The notes: generated by a model from the letters alone, not told the origin. A stretch of DNA of 11,685 bases from an uncultured Chloroflexia bacterium (GCA_963746845.1 CAVVCZ010000003.1:1-11685), one strand, 5' to 3'; positions 1 to 7,721 are shown, counted from the first letter of the stretch. A program made the numbers and translations.

Positions 1-36
1 CGGCTGAGTCTCGTCGGCTGAAACGCCGACCGAAGA

Positions 37-978
37 TTGATCGAATCGGCCCTGAACTCCCTCCCTACGGGTAGAGGGTCCGCGCTCTCCAAGACATCGC
101 TTGGCAAGATCGCAGACGGCAAGGCCAAGTCCGACGGGATCATCGTCGGGACCGCGGCCGCGGCCGTGATGCTCGCCGATCGGCTCGACGACGGCCGGAC
201 CGGCACCGGGACTTTCCCGGTCGGCACGAAGCCGGGCGAGTGGCGCCTGGTCCCGCCGATGAACGCCAACGTCTTCTCGTGGGTCGGCGAGGTTCGACCG
301 TTCTCGCTGAAGCGCCCGAACCAGTTCAAGGTCGACGCGCCGCCGAAGCTCACGAGCAAGCAGTACGCGAAGGAGTTCGACGAGGTCAAGAAACTCGGCG
401 CGAAGACGGGCTCGACCCGGACCGCCGATCAGGACGTCCTCGCGAACTGGATCGTCGTGAACCCGTTCGGCCCCGTGAACCAGACCCTCCGCGATCTGGC
501 AACCGGCCACGGCCTCTCGACGGCCGAGCAGGCGCGTCTCTTTGCGATGACGAGCGTCTCATCGGCGGACGCCTTGATCGACTGCTTCAACCAGAAGCAC
601 CTTCGTCTCTTCTGGCGCCCGCAGACGGCCATCCAGGAGGCGGCCAACGACGGCAATCCGAACACGGCCGCCGATCCGAGCTGGGTGTCGCTGTTCCCGA
701 CACCGGGCTATCCGGACATGCCGTCCGGCTACAACTGCTTCACGGCCTCGAACATGAACGCCGCCAAGGCCTTCTTCGGCACGGACCACGTCGCGTTCAA
801 CGTGACCAATTCGGCCGGCACGCGCAGCTACACCCGGTTCTCGGGCTACGTCCACGACGCGATCGAAGGTCGCATCCTCATCGGCTTCCACTTCCGGAGC
901 GCCGACGAGCAGGGCGCCTGGCTCGGGAAGACGGTTGCCAAGTGGGTGGCGAGGCACGAGTTCCGACCCGTCCACTGA
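37..978 (+). pseudogene. Vanadium-dependent haloperoxidase / PAP2-superfamily protein; N-terminus missing (probably interrupted near nt 90)
   Basis: PAP2/VHPO motifs are present: K-x6-RP (KHLRLFWRP, 595-621), PSG[Y] (721-732) and R-x5-H (RILIGFH, 871-891). Family-like sequence starts at about KTSLGKIADGKAKSDGIIVG (nt 91). Upstream there is an in-frame TGA at 19-21, stops in both other frames, and no RBS or signal peptide. Confidence 0.75.
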
Positions 979-995
979 CCCATCGGCTCCCGCAC

Positions 996-1034
996 GTCAC
1001 GACCCCCGGCCCGCCTGGGCCGGGGGTCGTTGAC
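996..1034. terminator. Strong GC hairpin between convergent genes; likely bidirectional terminator or REP-like palindrome
   Basis: Perfect 14-bp stem ACGACCCCCGGCCC (999-1012), loop GCCT, GGGCCGGGGGTCGT (1017-1030). It extends by GTC/GAC with a 1-nt bulge. No U-tract. Confidence 0.7.
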
Positions 1035-1038
1035 TGTC
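1006..1038 (+). repeat. Direct repeat copy 1 (33 bp)
   Basis: CCGGCCCGCCTGGGCCGGGGGTCGTTGACTGTC; 29/33 identical to 2714-2746, with a 17-bp exact core GGCCGGGGGTCGTTGAC. Confidence 0.85.
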
Positions 1039-1095
1039 GCGAATGTCACCGCCCGCGCCGCCAACATGGATCCCCGGCAGGTGCCGGCCGCACGG

Positions 1096-2661
1096 CTAGG
1101 GCTGGACGATCGTGGTGGCGAACCGAACGGTGCTGTCGTTCGCGATCGACAGGATCGTCGCCGAAGCACTGTTCCGCTCTGGTTCGATGGCGAGCGCCCA
1201 GACTCCTCCGCTCGGATTGACCGTGACCGACCAGAACATCGAACCCGCCCGCCGCAGCCCGACCGGCCAGCCAGGACGGACCTTGCCGTTCGGGCCGATG
1301 GCGAACAGGCTGCCGCCGCTCGACGGGGTCGAACCCGCCTCGAGGAGGTAGAGAACGTTCGAATCGCTGACCTGGGGCGTCGTGTAGCGCTGGACGCAGC
1401 CCGTGTCGCCGGGGTGGCAGATGCCCGTCAGCTGCATCTCCAGATTGACGTGATACGGCCAGCCGGCGCGCGCCTTTCCGTCAGGGTCCAGGGCCATCAC
1501 GGTCGTGCGGTGGCTGGCGGTGCTCACGACGAACGCCGAGCCATCGGCACCCACGATCGGCGCGCCGGGATAGTCGCTCTGCCTCGACGTGCCGGTCGAA
1601 GTGATCGGCAGCTCGGCGGACCCGTACGGAGAAACCCTGCCGTCTTCGTCGAGAACGACCGTTCGGGCCGGCGGCTTGTTCGGCGAACCTACGACGAGAT
1701 AGGCGAACCCTCGATCCACGTCGAACGCCAGTTCGGATCCGATCCCGTCGATCGTGGTGGGCGAGCCTGGACGCGCGCCGCCGAGGCCAAAGCCCGTGAT
1801 GTCCGTCTTGACCGAGGTCGCGCTCGTCCAGTCTCGATACCGGGTCCCGTAGGCGAGGTAATCGGTCCCGACCGCCCAGGCCAGGTCGCAGCACACGAAC
1901 GGAATGTCTTCGCCCGTCTCTACGGAGCCGTCGACGTCGATCACGGTGACGCTCACCGGCCAGGACTGACCCGCCTCCCCACCGACGTAGAGCAATGGGT
2001 TCACGAGGAGCACGAGGCTCTGATTCACCATCTGGCCGAGCGTGCCGTTGTCGACGTCGACCGGCCAGCCCGGCAGTGATCGACCGGCTGCGTCGAGGGC
2101 AAAGGAGCGCCGAACAGCAGCCGCGTCGTTGTTGGAGGGGGGCCGATGACAGAGGAGACGGACTGTCCCGTCCTCGACGGGAAGCAGCTGGTCGCAGTCA
2201 TCGACGCCGGCCAGAAGGATCGGCCAGCCGCGCGCCGCCTTGCCCGATCGGTCGAGCCGCGTGACGATCTCGCCGCCACGACCCGGGACCGCCACGTAGA
2301 GGCTGCCGTCAGGGCCTGGGCCCATCTCGATCTGCGTCCCGAGATCCTCGCCGGACCCCTTCACGGGCAGGTTCGGGCCGGCGGCGACCGGACTCGAGGC
2401 AGCCGAACGAGATGAGGTCGGGGCCGGCAGCGCGCTGGACGACGGCACGACCGTCGAACTCGCAGTCGCAATCGTCGGCAGAGACGGACTCCGACCGAGA
2501 CTCGAGACGCTCGCGCCGGGCGGCGGCGAGCCAGGTCCGTCGATGAGCCGAATGCCGGCCGCGAGCGCAACGCCGCCGACGATCGCGGCGGCCGCGATGG
2601 CCGCCATCGCCCGAGGCGGGGGCAGGCCCCGATTGGATCGTCGCGGACCCGTGGGTTCCAT
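1096..2661 (-). CDS. Hypothetical membrane-anchored extracytoplasmic protein: N-terminal TM helix, Ser/Pro-rich linker, GWP-repeat putative beta-propeller
   Basis: 524-aa ORF with GC-rich third positions. It has a hydrophobic segment AMAAIAAAAIVGGVALAAGI, an S/P/A-rich stalk, and recurring [LI]DxxG..GWP units (RGWPI, PGWPV, AGWPY, PGWPV). Start placed at ATG 2661; TTG 2670 is an alternative. Confidence 0.8.
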   Translation of the reverse strand: MEPTGPRRSNRGLPPPRAMAAIAAAAIVGGVALAAGIRLIDGPGSPPPGASVSSLGRSPSLPTIATASSTVVPSSSALPAPTSSRSAASSPVAAGPNLPVKGSGEDLGTQIEMGPGPDGSLYVAVPGRGGEIVTRLDRSGKAARGWPILLAGVDDCDQLLPVEDGTVRLLCHRPPSNNDAAAVRRSFALDAAGRSLPGWPVDVDNGTLGQMVNQSLVLLVNPLLYVGGEAGQSWPVSVTVIDVDGSVETGEDIPFVCCDLAWAVGTDYLAYGTRYRDWTSATSVKTDITGFGLGGARPGSPTTIDGIGSELAFDVDRGFAYLVVGSPNKPPARTVVLDEDGRVSPYGSAELPITSTGTSRQSDYPGAPIVGADGSAFVVSTASHRTTVMALDPDGKARAGWPYHVNLEMQLTGICHPGDTGCVQRYTTPQVSDSNVLYLLEAGSTPSSGGSLFAIGPNGKVRPGWPVGLRRAGSMFWSVTVNPSGGVWALAIEPERNSASATILSIANDSTVRFATTIVQP

Positions 2662-2670
2662 CGAGGTCAA

Positions 2671-2696
2671 GACGCCTCATCAGGCATGCTGTGACG
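2671..2696 (-). promoter_or_regulatory. Putative ECF41-type sigma factor promoter
   Basis: The minus strand reads CGTCACA-N15-CGTC, 9 nt before ATG 2661. This resembles the ECF41 consensus TGTCACA-n16-CGTC. Confidence 0.4.
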
Positions 2697-2713
2697 TTGG
2701 CGAGCGGCCCGTG

Positions 2714-2746
2714 CCGGCCCGGCGCGGCCGGGGGTCGTTGACCGTC
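2714..2746 (+). repeat. Direct repeat copy 2 (33 bp; lacks the outer left arm of the hairpin)
   Basis: CCGGCCCGGCGCGGCCGGGGGTCGTTGACCGTC; matches 1006-1038 and ends 14 nt from the stop codon of the Kelch-GH5 gene. Confidence 0.85.
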
Positions 2747-2760
2747 TGCCGGGTCCGGGG

Positions 2761-5700
2761 CTAGGTCCGGATGTCGACGGTCACGGTCGCCGTCGTGACG
2801 ACCTCCGCGCCGGCTAACACCTGGACCGTCATGACGTACTTCGCGGGCGTCATCGTCTTCGAGGTCTTCAGGTCGAACAGGAACGTGTCACTCCCTGCGT
2901 CGTAGCGAGCGCAGTTCGGCGACGGGTTGCCGCCGCTGAAGAGGATCTTCGCCCCGCACGCGTTGGCGATCGTCCTCGCGGCGTTGTCGGAGATCACCTT
3001 CCCCGCCGCGTCCTTCAGCTTGAACTCCACGCCGATCGTGGTGCCGCGCTTGACGATCGCGTTGTTCGCCGGCTTCGTGATCGTCAGTGAGTACCCGACG
3101 ACATACGAGCAGGTCGTGGTGGCGATGTTGCCGGCCTTGTCGATGCCCGCGAGGAGCGCCGACTTGCGCCCGGCGCTCGACGTGTCCGCGTTGACGAAGA
3201 CCGAGCCGACCACCGGCCCCGACATCGCGTCGGTCACGGTCACGCCCACCTTGGCGTTCTGGGCGTTGAGGAGGAACGGCCCACCCGAGCAGGTCAGCGT
3301 CGGCGGGGTCGCGTCGCGCTTGACGGTGACGGACTTCGTCGTCGTCCCGCCGGCGCTCGTCGCCGAGCAGGTGAGCGTCGTGGCCGCGGTGTCGGTCGAG
3401 ATCGTCGTCGGACCGCACCCGGTCGACGTCAGGATGCCCGACTGGGCGTCCGTCTTCGTCCACGAGACCGCGACGTTGCCGCGGTACCAGCCATTCAGCC
3501 CCTGGGATCCGCTGACCGACGAGGTCACGATCGGAGGCGTCGTGTCAGTGCGGCGGAGCGCGAGCCACTTCGAGGCATGCGTGGTCCGGACGATGACCCG
3601 GACGTCCGACCCGGCACCGGCCACGAACGCGGCCGTGAAGCACGGTTCCGGGCTGGCCGCGGGCAGCGCGTCGCAAGCCAGGGCGATGTCGGTCGTCGCA
3701 TCCGCGTTCGTGCGCGAGACCGTGATCGTCGCCGGGTTTGCGCCCGTGCTCGAGTCGACGACGAACGTGATCACGATCGGGTCGTCCGCCGGTCGGGTGA
3801 CGCCGCCGAGGTCGATGTCGACCTCGTTGCCGAGGATGGCGTAGCCACTCGGCGCGGGGATGTTCGCGGGGTGCATGTCGATGGCGACCGGGGTCGGCGG
3901 GCCGCCCGGTGCCGTGAAGGCCACGCTCGTCTGCACCGGGACCGCCGCCGAGGCGCCAATGTTGCCGGGGTCGGTCGAGACGGTCGCCGGACCGGGTGGC
4001 ACCTTCGTCGTGACGTCGCCGGCGGTGACGTCGTAGGTCTGCGAGACGGACCGATGGTTGCCGATGTTGTCGGTCGTGTCGACCGTGAACGTGAAGTGCC
4101 CGGGCGTCGTGGTGTCGATCGCCGCGCCGTTCGCGAGCGTGCCGGCGCACGTCGCTAGGCCGGAGCTGCCGACCTCCGCGCACGAGAACGACGCTGTCAG
4201 CGGCTCGTTCAGCGTGTAGAGCGAGCGGTTCGGCCGGGTGAGGGTGATCGTGGGCGCCACCCAGTCATCGTCGACCGGAGTCGTCGGCGTCGCGAAGGTC
4301 GGCCCCGAGGCGAGCAGGGCCGGGACGTCGTCGCCCGGTCCGATGTCATACCCGTTGAGCGAACGAGGAGCCGGTCCCCAGCTCCAGACGACGTGGCCGA
4401 CGATCCCGGCCGCTCGCTGGGCGATCAGCTTGGCTCGCAGTGACGCGGTCCGGCTGTCGTAGGAGCCGCCGACGTCGACCGGCCGGAGGCCGACCTCGCC
4501 GACGAACAGCGGCTTGTTCAGCTCGCCGCACTGCTGGATCCGGAGCGCCATCCCGTTGAACTGGTCGCCGGGCATGGCGGTCCACGGGTCGTAGTCGTGG
4601 TACTCGCACAGATCGATTGTCGGGATCGCGTGGAGCGCCTTGTACTGCGAGCCGCTCGTCCCGCACTGGCCAGTCCCGATCGTGCCGAGGCTGACCAGGT
4701 GGTTCGGGTCGATCGACTTGATCAGTCCCGAGACATTGGCCGCCCACGGCGCCATCGCGTCGTAGGCCGCCGGTCCGGCCGGACAGCCCGTCGGATGGTC
4801 GGCGTTCGTCTCGGCCTCGTTGAGGAGCTGCCAGGCGAGGATCGCCGGCTCGTCCTTGTAGCGCGCGACGACCTGGGCGACCCAATCGCGGTACGGGAGG
4901 TAGCCCGCGCCGTAGACGGAATCCTCCGGCTGGAGCTGGGCGTAGCCGGTCTGGTACCAGGCGAGCGTCTTGTACGGCGCGGTCGGGCCCTTGTGGCCGC
5001 ACTCGCCCCACTGGTTGCCGAGGGTCGGGATCACGTAGTAGCCGGCGGCCTTCGCCGCCGCGATCGTCCGGTCGAACCGGGTCCAGTCACGGTTCCCGGT
5101 CAGGCCGGCGGTCGCCAGCGGCTCGAAGAACCAGGCGCGGATCACGCCGTGATCGCCGCCGTGGACCCCGCCGAGATCGATGTCCGTCAGGGCCTGCTCG
5201 AACACGCCGTGGTCCATGTTGTTGGCGCACCAGTCGTCCGAGTTCGCGTTGTAGATGTTCATGCCGGTGAACGTGAACGGCTGGCCCTCCAGCTCGAGGT
5301 GGGTGCCGACTGCCTTCACGAACGGGTCGGGCGGCGGGGGCCCGGTCGGCGTGACCGACGCCGACGCGAGGCTGGCGGGGCCTGTTCCGACCGCGTTCGT
5401 GGCAGCGACCGTGAACGTGTAGGGGGTCCCGCCGGTCAGACCGCCGACGGTCGCCGTGGTTGAGTTGCCCGCGGAGGTGGCGCTTGCGCCGCCCGGGGAC
5501 GCCGTCACGGTGTACGTCGTGACGGCACTACCACCGTCGGCGGCGGGGGCGAGCCAGCTCACGGTCGCCTCGCCCGTCCCCGCGATCGCGGTGACCCCGA
5601 TCGGAGCACCGGGGGCCGTCGGAGGCTTCGCGGGAAGAGTCAGTCGCTCGGACGTATCCAGGTAGGAGAAGCTCGGGCCACCGGCCCCGCCGGCCACCAG

Positions 5701-6813
5701 GACGGTGTCGTCCGGGAGCAGGACGGCGCTGGGGAACCACCTGGTCGAGATCATGTCCGCGGCGGCCGACCAGGTGTCGGTCGCAGGATCGTAGATCTCG
5801 GCGGTCTTGATGCCGCCGTAATTGGGATCGAACCCACCGGCGACCAGCACTCGACCGTCCGACAGCAGAACCGCGACGTGCTCGTAGCGAGCCGTACCCA
5901 TCGACGCGGCGGGCGACCAGCTGTTCGTGGCCGGGTCGAAGAGGAGCGAACTCGCGGTGGGCACGCGTTGCCCCACATCGGGGTCGTACTCGGACTGGCC
6001 ACCGGCCACGAGGACCCGGCCGTCGTTCAACAGGGTCGCCGTCGCGTAGGCGCGTGGCGCGCTCAGGTCCGGCAGGGCCGACCACGCATCCGCGATCGGG
6101 TCGTACAGCTCGGCCGTTGTCAGTCCCTGGCTGCAATTCGGTCCGCAGCCACCAACCACGGGCGACCCCTCGCCGCCGGCGACGAGGACCTTGCCGTTGG
6201 GAAGCAGCGCGGCCACGTGACCCCATCGGTAGGAGCCCGAATCGGCGGCCCGCGTCCACACCCCGGTGCCCGGGTCGAAGATCACGGCCGTTGCCTGGCC
6301 GTAGCTGGACTGGCCGGTCATGTCGTCGCCGCCGAACCCGCCGACGAGCAGCACCCGGTGGTCGCCGAGCTTCGTCGCCGTGTGCAGGTAGCGCGTGAGC
6401 GGCATCGACGGTCCGGGTGTCCAGTCTCCCGTCTGCGGGTCATAGATCGTCGTCGACGCGAGGACCGGCGCCGAGTTGGGGGTCCTGGACAGCCCCCCGG
6501 CGACCAGCACCGACCCGTCATCCAGCAGGGTCGCCGAGTGACGGCTTCGCGCGTTCGCCAGTGGCGAGGCAGCCGTCCAGCTGTTCGCCGCAGGGTCGTA
6601 CACGCGAACGTCAGAGATGCCTCCCTGGCCGTCCTGACCTCCCGCGACCAGCACCGTTCCGTTCGGCAGCAGGGTCGCGGTCGTGAAGAAGCGAGGGGCG
6701 GTCATCGAGCCCGCGTCAGCCCACGATCCTTCCGGATCCGCCAGGGCGACCCCGGGGCCGATCAGGGCGATGCACAGCATCGCCGAGAGGAATGCAGTCG
6801 CCAGGACGCGCAT
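2761..6813 (-). CDS. Secreted multidomain protein (~1350 aa): signal peptide, 7 Kelch repeats, fibronectin type III, GH5 (beta-mannanase-like) catalytic domain, Ig-like modules, C-terminal PxKF-like domain
   Basis: ATG 6813 has RBS GGGAGG and signal peptide MRVLATAFLSAMLCIALIGPGVALA. Seven W-x9-R-x2-(H)-x-A-x-LL-x-DG-x-VLVAGG-type repeats follow, then FN3 (VSWLAPAADGGSAVTTYTVT...YTFTVAATNAVGTGP). GH5 motifs are AWQLLNE (acid/base Glu, 4816-4818), EYHDY and KPLFVGEVG (nucleophile Glu, 4495-4497). The C-terminal part has DxTPP/NGWY Ig-like modules and ends in VKRGTTIGVEFKL. Confidence 0.92.
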   Translation of the reverse strand: MRVLATAFLSAMLCIALIGPGVALADPEGSWADAGSMTAPRFFTTATLLPNGTVLVAGGQDGQGGISDVRVYDPAANSWTAASPLANARSRHSATLLDDGSVLVAGGLSRTPNSAPVLASTTIYDPQTGDWTPGPSMPLTRYLHTATKLGDHRVLLVGGFGGDDMTGQSSYGQATAVIFDPGTGVWTRAADSGSYRWGHVAALLPNGKVLVAGGEGSPVVGGCGPNCSQGLTTAELYDPIADAWSALPDLSAPRAYATATLLNDGRVLVAGGQSEYDPDVGQRVPTASSLLFDPATNSWSPAASMGTARYEHVAVLLSDGRVLVAGGFDPNYGGIKTAEIYDPATDTWSAAADMISTRWFPSAVLLPDDTVLVAGGAGGPSFSYLDTSERLTLPAKPPTAPGAPIGVTAIAGTGEATVSWLAPAADGGSAVTTYTVTASPGGASATSAGNSTTATVGGLTGGTPYTFTVAATNAVGTGPASLASASVTPTGPPPPDPFVKAVGTHLELEGQPFTFTGMNIYNANSDDWCANNMDHGVFEQALTDIDLGGVHGGDHGVIRAWFFEPLATAGLTGNRDWTRFDRTIAAAKAAGYYVIPTLGNQWGECGHKGPTAPYKTLAWYQTGYAQLQPEDSVYGAGYLPYRDWVAQVVARYKDEPAILAWQLLNEAETNADHPTGCPAGPAAYDAMAPWAANVSGLIKSIDPNHLVSLGTIGTGQCGTSGSQYKALHAIPTIDLCEYHDYDPWTAMPGDQFNGMALRIQQCGELNKPLFVGEVGLRPVDVGGSYDSRTASLRAKLIAQRAAGIVGHVVWSWGPAPRSLNGYDIGPGDDVPALLASGPTFATPTTPVDDDWVAPTITLTRPNRSLYTLNEPLTASFSCAEVGSSGLATCAGTLANGAAIDTTTPGHFTFTVDTTDNIGNHRSVSQTYDVTAGDVTTKVPPGPATVSTDPGNIGASAAVPVQTSVAFTAPGGPPTPVAIDMHPANIPAPSGYAILGNEVDIDLGGVTRPADDPIVITFVVDSSTGANPATITVSRTNADATTDIALACDALPAASPEPCFTAAFVAGAGSDVRVIVRTTHASKWLALRRTDTTPPIVTSSVSGSQGLNGWYRGNVAVSWTKTDAQSGILTSTGCGPTTISTDTAATTLTCSATSAGGTTTKSVTVKRDATPPTLTCSGGPFLLNAQNAKVGVTVTDAMSGPVVGSVFVNADTSSAGRKSALLAGIDKAGNIATTTCSYVVGYSLTITKPANNAIVKRGTTIGVEFKLKDAAGKVISDNAARTIANACGAKILFSGGNPSPNCARYDAGSDTFLFDLKTSKTMTPAKYVMTVQVLAGAEVVTTATVTVDIRT
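5640..6724 (-). repeat. Seven Kelch repeats (intragenic beta-propeller)
   Basis: Seven ~50-aa units, each with VLVAGG/VLLVGG followed (in the first six) by [YF]DP...W. Confidence 0.9.
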
Positions 6814-7181
6814 GACCGAGCCCTCCCGAGCGTCAGCGTGACGGTGTGCTGCGCGGATCGGGGGGCATTGGGACCCCCCGGGCGGATGTGTGGCCCGCCC
6901 GACGGTACTCCTTCCAGCGACCCGGAACCTGCCCGGAACGCGCGGTTCAGCCTCGGCGCGGCTCCGATGACCGGCCTCGCGGTGCGCGTGCCTCCGAGGG
7001 CGGGAATCGACGGAGTGGAATGACGTCCGGATCACCGTCAGCCAGCTCGACCACGAGTATCACGCCGACGACGAGACCGGCTGCACGAACCACCCGAGCG
7101 GGCCGCGTGAGTTGATGCCAAGCGCCAAGCCGCGTCGTCGAAACCAGGTCGTTCACCTGCGTAACATGGGGCTCATGCCGA

Positions 7182-7460
7182 TCACCGATCGAGGGTCCGG
7201 TAGGTGCTTTCCGAGCGACGCGCGACCCTCAGGATCACGACGAGGCGCGACCCGTCGTCGACGACGTAGATGACTCGCAGGTCCCCGACGCGGAGGCGCC
7301 AGAACTCGGTACCGCCCAGCTTGGTCACCCCAGGCGGACGCGGGTCGATCGAGAGGGACAGGATCGGGCCCCGAAGTCGAGCCGCCTCGCCTGGTGGAAG
7401 GTGGCGCAGCTGGCGCTGGGCGGCTGGCGCGATCTCGACGCGGTGACCCGGCCGGCTCAC
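7182..7460 (-). CDS. relE: Type II toxin, RelE/ParE superfamily (RelE-like mRNA interferase)
   Basis: 92 aa, basic. Motifs VEIAPAAQRQLRHL...DPRPPGVTKLGG...WRLRVGDLRVIY...VILRVARR..TY. The GTG start overlaps the antitoxin TGA (GTGA, 7457-7460). Confidence 0.92.
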   Translation of the reverse strand: MSRPGHRVEIAPAAQRQLRHLPPGEAARLRGPILSLSIDPRPPGVTKLGGTEFWRLRVGDLRVIYVVDDGSRLVVILRVARRSESTYRTLDR

Positions 7461-7714
7461 TCCTCATCCGAGCCGTAGACGGCGCGCGTCTCGGCGGCGA
7501 GCGACCCGAAGAACGACTCGGCGGCCTCGCCGCCATCTCGACGGTATTCGGCAAGGGCCGCCTGCGCCGACTCGAGATCCTCCCTGGTCTCCGCCGCCTC
7601 GAGCCAGGCCCGGATCGCCTCGTCGACGATCTCGCGGACGCTTCGATCCGATCGCGCGGCCTCGACCTTCACGGCCCGGTAGATGTCGTCCGAGAGATCG
7701 ATGGTGACCTTCAT
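7457..7714 (-). CDS. Type II antitoxin, ribbon-helix-helix (CopG/Arc-like) N-terminus
   Basis: 85 aa from ATG 7714. MKVTIDLSDDIYRAVKVEAARSDRSVREIVDEAIRAWL is an RHH pattern, followed by an acidic C-terminus. It lies directly upstream of, and is translationally coupled to, the RelE gene. Confidence 0.9.
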   Translation of the reverse strand: MKVTIDLSDDIYRAVKVEAARSDRSVREIVDEAIRAWLEAAETREDLESAQAALAEYRRDGGEAAESFFGSLAAETRAVYGSDEE

Positions 7715-7721
7715 CTCACCA

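Noticed and set aside
1-90. Group II intron terminus
   Set aside because: No domain V consensus and no GUGYG 5' end is visible at the junction on either strand.
996-2746. Integron attC interpretation of the repeat
   Set aside because: RGTCAAC only loosely resembles RYYYAAC. There is no matching GTTRRRY or L-box geometry, the site is shorter than canonical attC sites, and no IntI is in the window.
1006-2746. CRISPR array
   Set aside because: Only two copies, 1.7 kb apart; no regular spacers and no cas genes.
5640-6724. Galactose/glyoxal oxidase (AA5) call for the Kelch domain
   Set aside because: The repeats are generic Kelch units. I see no copper-ligand Tyr-His arrangement or AA5 C-terminal domain; FN3 and GH5 follow instead.
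6814-7035. 74-aa N-terminal extension of the 1424-aa ORF
   Set aside because: Arg/Pro-rich and not protein-like; ATG 6813 has a strong RBS and is followed directly by a signal peptide.
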